Assembly: GCA_028534125.1 (NCBI GenBank) | Contig: CM052818.1 | Location: 7,938,001 to 8,002,000, forward strand | Length of the DNA: 64,000 bases | Direction of reading: 5' to 3' | Origin: Lama glama | Lineage: Eukaryota | Shown: in pieces, positions 52,601 through 64,000 of the stretch | How the letters are laid out: every line of letters starts with the position of its first letter | Numbering within the stretch: position 1 is the first letter of the stretch | Notes under the pieces: model-generated | Told to the model about the DNA's origin: nothing | The model's input: only the letters and a program-made list of their open reading frames with translations | Databases searched by the model: none | Program-made: the position numbers and the translations under genes

Positions 52601-53580
52601 AAAAGTAAAAATTTAATGGAAATGTATCTCTTAATAAATGGAACTGTTTTCTCCCCTGATTAGTTTATATATCTGTGGATGAATATTATTCATGGTCAGA
52701 ATGAGATTGGATTTATTTTCAAATTTATTCCTGTTTTCCAGAATTACAGATGTAAGTGCTTAGAAACCATATTCACATAAATAAGACAAGAGTTCTTTAA
52801 CTCCTTCCATATTGTTTGCAAAACGAAATCACATGGTAGTCTGTTAAGAGAAGTTGTTTTCAATTATGTGTTAACCAGTGACTCATTCAGGCTATTTTGC
52901 AATTTGGCTGGAAGCATACAAGTGAAAACCACCTGACTTGTAAAAGGATTTACCACCCTTTAGTCTTTCAAAGCTTTACTAAAATTATGTAGTCCCTCTT
53001 TCACTTACAGTTACCTTAATTAATTCAATATGCTCTGAAAGTGTTAGGAAAAATTGAAATATTTCAGTATCCCTGTCCCAAAACAGTATTTTGTTTGTGT
53101 TTTTTTTTGTTTTTAACACCTATATTGTGTTATGATTCCTGTACAGTAAACTACACATATTTCAGATGTACAATTTGAATTTTGATAGATGTAGACACCA
53201 GTGAAACCACCACCCCAGTCAAGACAAGTAATTTTTCCATCACTCCCCAAGAGGTGCAAATTTCGAATTCCCAATTTATCCCTTCCCCGCCCTTTACCCT
53301 CCAAAACAATATTTTAAATTAAATGCTCTCATCTTATCATGTGCTTTAAATATTTTTTTTTGTCAAAACCTTAAGGTGACTTATTTGCTCATTGAATTTT
53401 CAGTTTTGGATAATATTGCCATAACCTAATTGTGAAACCAATCACTCAAAGAAGATTTACTGACTTTCCAGAAAAACTGTGACTTCATTTTTTAAATTAA
53501 ATTAATGCATTAACACTCAATTTTGAGGAATATTATAAAAACCACTGTAAAATAAATTATGGAATGCATTTGAAGGAAAT

Positions 53581-53885
53581 TGAGAAGGAAAAGCCGGGCT
53601 GGACTAACAAGCTAACTTGTAAATCCAAGCTCAACAAGTGTCAGTAACGTGATCTGTTCCTAACAGATAAGTTCCAGTGTACTGATTCCTTGGTTTTGCT
53701 GTTCGAGCCTTATTGGCTAATAGCCCCATACTTGTAATTAACCCTATAAAACCCCGTGCACACGGCTTCGAGGTGCTCAGAGCTTCGGAGCAAAAGCCCC
53801 TCTGAGCCCGCCGGCATAATAAATCTGAATACTCCAGCCCTCCGAGTGGTGCTTGTTTCTTAGCTGGCCTGTCGTTTCCATAACA
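53581..53885 (+). mobile_element. Short, CpG-retaining ERV solo LTR in WDPCP intron 1
   Basis: TG...CA ends, TATAAAA near 53745, AATAAA at 53818-53823; flanks aaat / agat. Confidence 0.7.
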
Positions 53886-55664
53886 AGATTGTTAAAACAA
53901 AGTTAAGATTAAAATGATGCAGTGATAATAAAATAATCAGTGTTTAAAATAACTTATGAAATCATGATAATGCTATTTCTCATTGTTTAGTTTATAATAA
54001 AGTGATATAAAGTGGAACTAAAATGATAAGTGATTTATGAAATAAGGAGTATGATGAAAGATATTCCTTCAGCAGACTGCTTACACTTCACAATCAGACT
54101 TTTTCTATGTATTTAACGAAGAGAGAGTTTTGCTAAAAGTGGTTTGGTCTGGCAGTTAGCAGACAATTTTACATTTTGTTAAAAGAAAGTAGAAGATAAC
54201 ATTTTCTAAGATTAAGAGTGGCTGTAATTGGAATAAATATTTCATTATGTAATTTGCTTTAAAAGAAAAAATGTGGCTTGCTTTAAATTCCAGCTAAACA
54301 TTGGACCTAGGGTGCCTGGATGGCTCTCATAGGATAGCATTCAGCATGCTCCTTGCCCTCCCTGATTCCTGCCTCTCTTTCTAAGAAGCAAAGCAGATCT
54401 CCTTTTCTTTCTCATATAGAGTATGTGTGCATTGTTCTCAAAACCTAGCTTCTCAGAATCATACCTTTCACCTTGAACACTTGTTAAAAATTTCTCTCAT
54501 GATCTTACTAAATGAATTCTTCTACTACCTACTAGACGAGAAAGGTTTTCCCTTGTTGTTGCTACTAAAAGTCTCACGTTTTCTGTGCTTTATTTACAGT
54601 GAATTTTCGGAAGAAGAGCTTTCATAACCAGAGTTCTCATTGGAGTCCTTTATCAGGATAGGACATTCCCATACTCCAGGAAGGCTATAAACGTGTGTGC
54701 CCCCATCCTCTCCCAATCCAAATGCACACAATCAGAGTCACCTGTCTGGTAGTTCACAGGCCTTGTTTTCTTTTAAGTTAGTTCCCCTTGTAAATCAGAT
54801 TAAAGAATGCATTAGCACTGATTAGTTTATAAGTTACATTTTGTGGGTAATACAGTACATTGTAAGAGAGGATTTTTGGTCAGGTGAGAGTATCGGCACG
54901 TTTCCAGTTATACTAATAATAAGGTTGTCTGTCCTCTCTACTTTCTTGGAGAATCATCTCGGGTAATAACTAGCGTAAAGTAGCACAATATGTCATTGCA
55001 ATTTCATTGTGAGTTTGAATCTCCAAGTGGTTCTGAATTCGTTGTAAACATTCATTTTGTGAAGGCAACAAACATAGAACATTAAGCTGTTACACTGGTT
55101 TTGGAGATGTTCTTAACTTATTTTTCCCAGCTTAGCATTTTTTAGGATAATGTTTGATGCAAATTACAGGAGATACTTGAAATACCATTCTAACAACATC
55201 CAACAGAGCTATTAAAGAAGCATTAAGTTTCAAATCCCTCAAATTGAATGTTGACTCTTGATAGTCTAGGTATTTTGGAGTTTATAAGATTTTATGCTTT
55301 TACATTAAATTATTAGTATGAAATTATTTAACCTCATGTTAACTTTATCAGTAGCATATACAAATTGTATACATCTATTTAAAAAATCATTCATTTAAAT
55401 GTTTTCTTTATGAAATACAGCTTAAGGCTTTTTATGTAACAGTTTTGTAATAATCTGATTCCCTTTCATGGGAACTAATGGAGTAATATTTGGAGATGTG
55501 CCCTTGCTGTTGGTTTAGGTATCTGCACATTTAGAAATATATGCTTTACGTAACATCCGTGTAATTAATAAACAGCATGTTAGATAATAGTGTCATTAAA
55601 AACAGGATCATTTAAAAGCTAAGATTAAGATACGAAATAAACCAGAGATCAAATTATTACAAAT

Positions 55665-58600
55665 TTTTTTACTGTGGTAAAATACACATAACATAAAATT
55701 TACCATCTTAACCATTTTTAAGTGATAGTTCAGTGGTATTAAATATCTTCATACTGTTGTGCAGTCATCACCATCATTCATCCCTGTAACACTTTTCATC
55801 TTGTAAAACTGAAATTCTGTACCTACTAAACAGTAACTTAGCATTCTTCCTGCCACCCTCTGCCCCAACCCAGCCCCTGGCAACCAACATCACAATTTCT
55901 GTCTTTGATTTTGACTACTCTAAGTACCTCATATAAGTGGAATCTACAGTATTTGTATTTTTGTGACTGGTTTATTTCACTCAGCACAATGTCTTCAGGT
56001 TTCATCCATGTTGTAACACATTGCAGAATTAACTGACTTTTTAAGGCAGAATTATATTCCATTGTATGTATATACCATATCTCACATTTTGCTTAGCCAT
56101 TAATCAGTTGATGGACACTTGGGTTATTTCCACGTTTTAGCTATTGCAAATAATGCTGCTATGAACATGGATGTACGAATATCTCTTTGAGAACCTGCTT
56201 TTAATTCTTTTAGCTATGTACTCAGAAGTGGAATTCCTGGATCATATGGTAATTCCATTTTTAATTTTCAGAGAAACTGCTATACTGCCTATAGCAGCTG
56301 CACCATTTTATATTCCCACTATCGTTGCACAGGGTTCTGATTTTTCAACATCCTGGCCAATACTTACCATTTTGTGTGTGGGTTTTGTTTTTTTTTATAT
56401 ATAGTAGCCATTCTGATTTGGCTACCATTTGGTATTGGTAGTTTTGATTAACATTTCTTTAATGATTAGTCATTTGAACATCTTTTCATGCACTTATTGT
56501 CCATTCATACATCTTTAGAGAAATATCTCCCAAAGTCCTTGGCCCATTTTTGAATCTGGTGGTTTGTTTTTTTGTTGTTGAATTTTAGAAGTTCTCTATA
56601 TATTCTGATATTAATCCCTTATCAGATAATATGATTTGCAAATGTTTTCTCCAGTTGTGTGAGTTGCCTTTTTACTCTGGATTTGTGGGTAGTGTGCTTT
56701 TTGTTTAATGAGTAGTATTTTAAATAACTGTTTCAGGTAATTCTGGATTTAATCTTTGATACTATATTAAAACTACTCAAGTGGTAGTTTCTCAAAGGTT
56801 ATTTGCAAAATGTAACCTGAAACAATATCATTGAATATTTCCTATTCTGTTACATTAAAATCCATGGGCCTATCCTGCACATGGAATGGATCTTCTACTA
56901 ATCCATGATTTTTAGGTAATGTATTGCTTCACTTAGTGTCCTTTGATGCATAAGATTTTAAAATTTTCATGAAGTCTAATTTGTCTATCTTTTCTTTTGT
57001 TACCTATGCCTTTGGTGTCAAATCATTGCCAAATCCAATGTTGTGACACTTTTGTCCTATGTTTTCTTCTAAGAGTTTTTATTGTTTTAGGTCTTAGATT
57101 TAGGTTCTTGATCCATTTTGAGTTTATATATATATATTATACATATGTGTTTAAAATTTTGTTGTTGTTTTTGGGGGGAGGAGGTAATTAGGTTTGTTTA
57201 TTTATTTATGTATTTTAATGGAAGTACTGGGAAATGAACCCAGGCATGCACTCTACCACTAAGCTATACCTTCCCCACCTATATATGGTTTTAAGTAAGG
57301 GTCCACCTTCATTCTTTTGCATGTGGATATCTTGTTTTTCCAGCACTGTTTGTTGAAAAGACTGCCCTTTTCCCCACTGAATGGTCCTGGCACACTTGTC
57401 AAAAATCATTTGACCATATATGTGAAGGTTTATTTCTGGGATTTCTATCCTATTCTGTTAGTCTGTATACCTGTTTTTATGCCAGTTCTGCATTCTTTAA
57501 ATTACTGTAGCTTTCTAGTAAGTTTTGAAATTAAGAACTATGAACCCTTCAGTTTTGTTCTTTTTTCAGTTGTTTTGGCTAGTTGGGGTCCCTAGGGACT
57601 CCATATGAATTTTTGGATGAGTTTGTCTATTTCTGCAAAATATATCATTGGGATTTTGATAGGGATTGTCTTAAATCTGTAGATTTCTTTGGATGGAATT
57701 GATGTTTTAACTATATTAAATCTTCCAATCCATGATCATGAGCTGTGTTTTCATTTATTTGTCTTTAATTTCTTTCAGCTTTGTTTTTTCATTGAACATC
57801 TTTCACCTCCTTGGTTAAGTTAATCCTAAGTATTTTATTCTTTTTTGATACTATTGTAAATGGGACTGATTTTGTGATTTCCTTTTCAGATTGTTCATTA
57901 TTGGAGTATAGAAGCACAACTAATTTTTGTCTGTTGACTTCGTATCCTACTACTTCACTGAATTCATTTATTAGTTCTGACAGCTTTTTTTGGTGATGTC
58001 TTTAGGGTTTTGTACATATAAGATCATACTTGCAAACCAGTTGTTTTACTTCATCCTTTCCAATTTGGATACCTTTTATTTCTTTTTCATACCTAATTGC
58101 TCTGGCTAGAACTTACAATACTATGTTGAATAGACGTGGTAAAAGTGGGCATGCTTGCTTTGTCCCCCACCTTAGAGGAGAAGCTTTTTTGTCTTGCTCC
58201 ATTTAGTATGACGTTTAATGTGGGTTTTTCATATATGGCTTTTATTATGTTGAGATAGTTTCCTTCTATTCTACTTCGTCAAGTGTTTTTTTAATTATGA
58301 AAGGGTGTTGAAATTTGTCAGATGCTTTTTCTGCATCAATTGAGATGATCATGAGCTGTTTTTCTTCATTTTGTTGATGTGCATTATATTAGTCAAACAA
58401 TCTTTGCATTCCAGGAATAAGTCCTACTTGGTCATGGTGTTATCCTTGTGATGTGCTGCTGAATTATGTTTGCTAGTATTTTTTGAGGGTTTTTGCATCA
58501 ATGTTCGTAGTAGCTTTTGGTCTGTAGTTGTCTTGTAGTGTCTTTGCCTGGCTTTGGTTGTCAGGGTCATGCTAGCCTTATAGCATGAGTTAAAGAAGTG

Positions 58601-58690
58601 TTCCTTATCTTCAGTTTTTGGAAACAGTTTGAGAAGGATTGATATTAGTTCTTCTTTAAATGTTTGGTAGAATTCACCTTTGAAGCTGCC
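55665..58690 (-). mobile_element. About 3 kb of decayed L1 (ORF2 3' half plus 3' UTR) with nested insertions, including a Vic-1-like SINE at about 57155-57277
   Basis: L1-type peptides in ORFs 55838-56062 and 57215-57409; antisense L1 sequence throughout. Confidence 0.88.
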
Positions 58691-58939
58691 AGGTAATTTT
58701 TTAATGAATGCTAGATGTTGTGAATATTACCTTATGAGTGTTGTGTATTCTTATTTTTATATAAATATTTTTGAACTTTATTCTGTGGTAGAATTAAGTT
58801 ACTTGAAATAGTTTGATTCTTTCAGGACTTGCTTTTAAGCATTTCCCCCATCTTGCACCATTACTCTCCTAACAGAGCTTCATATGCCTACCAGTGTGGT
58901 TTTTAGTTTCTACTTTCTTTTTGGCAAAAGAATTGCAAA

Positions 58940-59740
58940 TGGTAGGTCCCCAAGTTACCTATACCAAGTCCTGTTTAATTTGGCTACAAATTGTAGGTTC
59001 CCATGATCTCCTCTCCCTTGGATTCAGTTATTTTCTAAAACAGCTCACAGAACTCAGGGAAACACCTACTTATGTGTACCAGTTTTATTATATAGTAAAG
59101 GATATAATAAAAGGCACAGGTGGACAGCCAGAAAAAGAGATGCACAGGGCAAGGTCTGGGAGGGTCCTGAATGCAGGAGCTTATTTCTGTGGAGTTGGGG
59201 AGCATCACCTTCCTGGTACCTGGATGTCTTCACCTGCGCAAATTGAAAGCTCTCCAAATCCCATAATATTGGGATTTTTATGGAGGCTTCATCATGTAGG
59301 TATGATCAGTTATTAACTCCATTTGCAGCTTCTGTCCCTTCTTTAGAGAGTAGGGAGTGGTGATGAAAATTTCAGGCTTCTAATCATAGCGTAGTCTCTC
59401 TGGTGACCAACACCAATCCAGGAGCCATCCAGAAGCCTAGCCAGAGTTGCCTCATTAGAGCAAGAGACACTGCTCTCACCCAGAAAATTCCAAGGGATTT
59501 TGGAACCCTGTATCAGGAACTGGCATCAGAGACCAAATATTTGAACAGAAGATGCTCCTTGTGCCCTTATCACTTAGGAGAATTATAAGAGTTTTAGGAG
59601 CTTTGTGCTGGGAACTGGGGTCAAACACTAAATGTGAGAACAAAAGATTATCCTAGCACACATATTTACAAGTGTTTTAGAGCCCTGTGTCAGGAACTAG
59701 GGCAGAGACTCGTATATGTATTTCTTACTATTTCACAACT
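58940..59740. mobile_element. MER21-like LTR element
   Basis: agctcacagaactcagggaaacac ... gagatgcacagggcaaggtctggg; similar to 60380-61145. Confidence 0.6.
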
Positions 59741-60379
59741 GCCCTCTATTATATTCTCCTGTTCACATTCTGGCAGTTGTTTCAAGAATATAACATTTTT
59801 CCTCCAAAACAAGACCATTCATTAAATTTTAGACATCATGTCTCTTGAATCTCCTTTAATCTGGGAGAATTCATTTGCCCTTTTTGTCTTTCATGACATT
59901 AACTATTTTGAAGAGTATAGTCTAGTAACTTTGTAGAATGTTCCTCATTTTGGGTTTGTTTGAAGTTTCTCTTAATTAAATTTGGTTATACATATCTGTA
60001 GGGAAGACTACATAAATGATTTTGTGGACTTCTCAGGGCATTTCCATCAGTTTGTCGTATTTTTGGTGATGTTGATTGTAATCATTTGATTATAGTATTG
60101 TTCACCAGATTTCTCCACCATAAAATTACTGTGTTTTACCTTTGTAATTAATAAGTGGGGGACATACTGAGATTATGTTAATATCCCGTTTCTCATCAAA
60201 CTTTAACCCATAGTTTTAACGCTGACTCATTTTTGCCTGTTAGTGATTACTGTGACCATAAAATACTTTTCAAAGTCTGTTATTTCTTCAGCATCTATTA
60301 GATAGCATTTTACTGTAAGTTTAAGTTTTCCCTTATCTACCTACCTATGTCCATCTATCTATTTCTCTCTCTCTCATCT

Positions 60380-61145
60380 GTTTCTTGCTACCAGTACTTC
60401 TGACACCAGATGTGTGGGTTTTCTACACCAATTACCCATTTCTCTGCAGATATTAGCTGGGTGTCCTACAGCTCAGTTCAATTCTAATACTACCTATACT
60501 TAGCAAATTCCACAAGACTGCCCCCACTTCAGAGCCATTGAAAGTCCAGGCCTTCTATACTTCTGACCAACTGGGTATAAATCAGAGGTTTCTGCAACCC
60601 CTCCTCAGGTTCAGTAATTTGCTAGAATAGCTCAAAGAACTCAGAAAAAACAGTTTACGTGTTATTATTGATTTATTTTAAAGGATATATCTCTGGAACA
60701 ACCAAATGGAAGAGATGCATAGGGCAAGATATGGGGGAAGGGTTACAGAACTTTCATGCCTTCTCTGGACATGTCACTCTTCTACCACCTTGGTGTGTTG
60801 AAAAATCTGAAAGATCTCCGAATCCTGCAGTTCAGGAATTTATCTGGAGGTTTTATTATGTGAACATGATTGATTTAACCATTGGCCATTGTTGTTTAAC
60901 CCAGTCTCCAGTCCCTCTCCTCCCTGGAAATCCTAGGGTAGAGCTGAAAGTTCCAACCCTCCAACATGCCTTGGTCTTTCTGGCAACCAGCATCCATCCT
61001 GAAGCTATCTAGGAGGACCTCAGCCAAGAGTTATTAGTATACCAGAGGCACTCTTAACACTCAGGAATCACCAAGGGTTTTAGAAGCTTTTGTGCTAAGA
61101 ACCAGGAATGAAGACTAAATATTTATTTCTTATCATATCACAACA
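60380..61145. mobile_element. MER21-like LTR element
   Basis: cacaagactgcccccacttcaga ... agctcaaagaactcag ... gagatgcatagggcaag. Confidence 0.6.
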
Positions 61146-61696
61146 TCATTCTATGTAATTGTCTAATCATATATAGTGTATGGATTCTTACTTTTTTCAG
61201 TGGTTTACATGACTACATTAAGAGTTTATTTTTCTTCAAATAAATGGTGATGACTTTTTTCTAATTTGTCATGATTTAATAAGAGGAAATCAGCTAAAAT
61301 AAAAACAAGTTCTTTTATTTAGTACTCTTAGTTTTTTAGAAATAGAGACCACCTCAGTTGTTTTGCAGTTGGAAGTTATACTGTTAAGGATGCATGTAAC
61401 AATAAAAATACAAATCTTAGCCACTTGGCAAGATCTTAGGGGAACCCAGGAAAAGCCAAACTGTGAGATTCCAATCCCTTTCTCCTTCCTCTGAGCAGGA
61501 ACGTATAGGACATTTATATGAGCCTCATGGAGAATACAAGTGTTAGGCCATTTTAGAATCTCAGAAAGTTATGGATTCTTGGTTATCTATCCATCCATCT
61601 AACTTTAGAAGTTCACAGATCCTCCAATAACCTGACTTCTTTTTAAATCTTTCAGCTTTTCTTTCTGTTCCTGTCTGTTGTATCCATGGTTCTTGA

Positions 61697-61712
61697 GACA
61701 GACAGACAGACA

Positions 61713-61757
<45 letters not shown>
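61697..61757. repeat. Compound microsatellite (GACA)n(CA)n
   Basis: Directly visible: about 5 GACA units, then about 21 CA units. Confidence 0.97.
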
Positions 61758-61759
<2 letters not shown>

Positions 61760-63654
61760 TTAGCATTGACGTGGAGGGCATAATCATTGGGCAGAGCTTC
61801 CCCTACCAGCTCCCCCTACCAACTCCCCCCAACCCCCACTAGTTTGTTGACCAGTCTCCAGACTGTCGGATGCCCATTCCCAGCCGGCTCAGGTGTATAT
61901 ATAGGGAACAGTTGGAGAGGAGTCATGATTTTCAAAACACACGTTGCTCTTTTCCGTGGAATATCCTGTGGCTAGTTCCCCTTGAAGTACGGTTGGTGGA
62001 AAGGGCAGTTTCCTTGAGTGCTCCTGTGGATGTAGTTGGCAATATGTATCTGCATCCTGGTTCTTTATTCTGCCAAAATAGAGGCCTACTCTGTAGGCAG
62101 TGTAAGCAAAGTGATTTATTTTCTGAGTTCTTTTCAGAATATTAATATTGTGATATTTATTTAAATTTATTTTAAATCATGATAATGCTGAAATTTAATA
62201 CCTTGTGTTGTTCACTGAAAATATTGTGAAACCACGACTTAATTAAGTCTACCTTATTAATTTGGCCTGATTAAGAGGTATAAATATAACTCAGTATATT
62301 TTCTATTACTTTTCTGTTCTTACAGCATCATCATTTAGTGTTTTCCTTAAAAGAGCTATTCAGCACTTCTATGAATATCTGTGTAGACTAGACTGCAGTT
62401 AACATTTTCCAGAAGCCAAAACTAGACTCCCACAATGTATAATTTGCTTTGAAAATTTTGTGCGTTGAGTCTCACTTTCTCCTGTGTTCTTGTTATTTAA
62501 CATGACTGAAATATTAATAGCTAATTGTTTAAAGTGCAGTATTTCAGTTGATTCTATGTATAATTAAAAAATTTAAATACATTAACATTTCACAACATAG
62601 TCTGTGATTGGGATTAGGACTGTTTGTGTTGGCTGTTCAAATATTCAGCATAGTATTTGATATTTGGATAAAATGCTCTTTTTCATATCAAGCATATTTG
62701 TTTAGAATTGTAGCGGGAATATTCTAGGGAGTTTGGAAAATTTGTGTTTAACATAAAATTATTTGATTATTTTCAGATATTAAAAAGAACAGTTTAGGGG
62801 ACTCTCACAATCTTACATAACTGTTAGATTTTTCAGATTTGCATCCTCTAATGATATGTTTCTTTTTCTGTCATACATAAAACATTTGCTCTCTAGGTCA
62901 TGCTTGAAATGGGATAAAGGGAGGGAAAACTATGAGATAAAATACCCTCTTAGTTCTTTTCTGGAAAACATAAAACTACCTTATTTCCTTTAAGCAGTCT
63001 CTCTCAAACGATCAAATTTATTTCACAAGAAGAAATGCATCTTTATTTTAAAGTACAATACTTTCCTTGTACATTGTGTGAATTAAGTGTGTTGACATTT
63101 AAAAAGCTGTCTGACTAAACCAACTATTTACAACAAGCCCAGGCCAGCCACTTTGGGAAGGGCATATAGACTTACTGAAGTTAAAACTACTACAAGGCAA
63201 GATTATTCTAGAGACATGAAGTCTGGGTTTTGGCTTCAGGAAATACTACTTTGGAAATTACTCTCTAGGTAGGATTAAATATAAAAGTGAAATATACATC
63301 TTAAATGAATTAAGTTGCAAACTAAATGGAATTCATTGCCAAGTGATTTTTTAAAAAGCATTTTAGTTGCTATTATTTGGAATTACTTTAAGAATGTTGA
63401 AACTGAGTTGTGAAACTGTCATATAGTGAAGGTTTTAAAAAAAAGAACATGATCTTATCTGGTTGTGAAAAATCTGATTTTATTATTATAAGGAGATTAT
63501 GAGAGAGCTATTAACTAGTGAATATTTAACCTATGTCTAATTGAAAAGATAAAATTAGTTTTATGCCTGTTTAAAAAAAAAACTCTTGATGCCAAATTAT
63601 GAATTGTGCTCCTCATTGTAATAAACAACTAGGTGAAGAGTTAAAGTACATGAG

Positions 63655-64000
63655 TCTAGCATTTCTCTAAAGACACACAGATGGCCAAGAGGCACATGAA
63701 AAGATGCTCAACATCACTAATTATTAGAGAATGCAAAGCAAAACTATAATGAGGAATCACCTTACATCAGTCAGAATGACCATCATCAAAAGGTCTGCAA
63801 ATAATAAATGCTGGAGAAAAGGGAACCCTCCTATAGTGTTGGTGGGAATGTAAATTGATGCAGCCACTGTGGAGAACAATATGGAGGTTCCTTGAAAAAC
63901 TAAAAATGACTTACCGTATGATCCAGGAATCCCACTCCTATCATATATCTGGGGAAAGCTAATTCAAAAAGATACATGTACCCCAGTGTTCATAACAGCA
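63655..64000 (+). mobile_element. L1 ORF2 3' fragment running off the window
   Basis: cacatgaaaagatgctcaacatcactaattattagaga ... gtgttggtgggaatgtaaattg. Confidence 0.9.

Noticed and set aside
46874..64000. Further WDPCP coding exons
   Set aside because: I found no segment encoding the expected MSFCLTELHL region; the stretch is repeat-rich intron. A small exon could have been missed by eye.

Overview
Mammalian genomic DNA, most likely camelid, judged from four tRNA-Ala-derived SINEs that resemble the tylopod Vic-1 family. The window holds the complete cytosolic malate dehydrogenase gene MDH1 on the minus strand: 9 exons, all introns GT-AG, 1005-nt CDS, 334 aa, ATG at 46029, stop at 24702-24704. 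MDH1 shares a CpG-island bidirectional promoter with the first exon of the ciliary gene WDPCP on the plus strand. The main hidden signal is the MDH1 stop context TGA-CTAG, followed by an in-frame 20-codon extension ending in the peroxisomal signal CRL. This is the MDH1x readthrough isoform, already known in human, and it appears 2 aa longer here. Other points: the homologue of the human alternative MDH1 first exon has a relocated start codon and an overlapping uORF, WDPCP exon 1 lacks the human ATG, and several retrotransposon insertions have informative structures. The rest is repeat-rich intronic or intergenic DNA with one 500-N gap. Comparisons with human proteins and repeat consensuses are from memory, not from a search. 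I found no evidence for a wholly new biological system.
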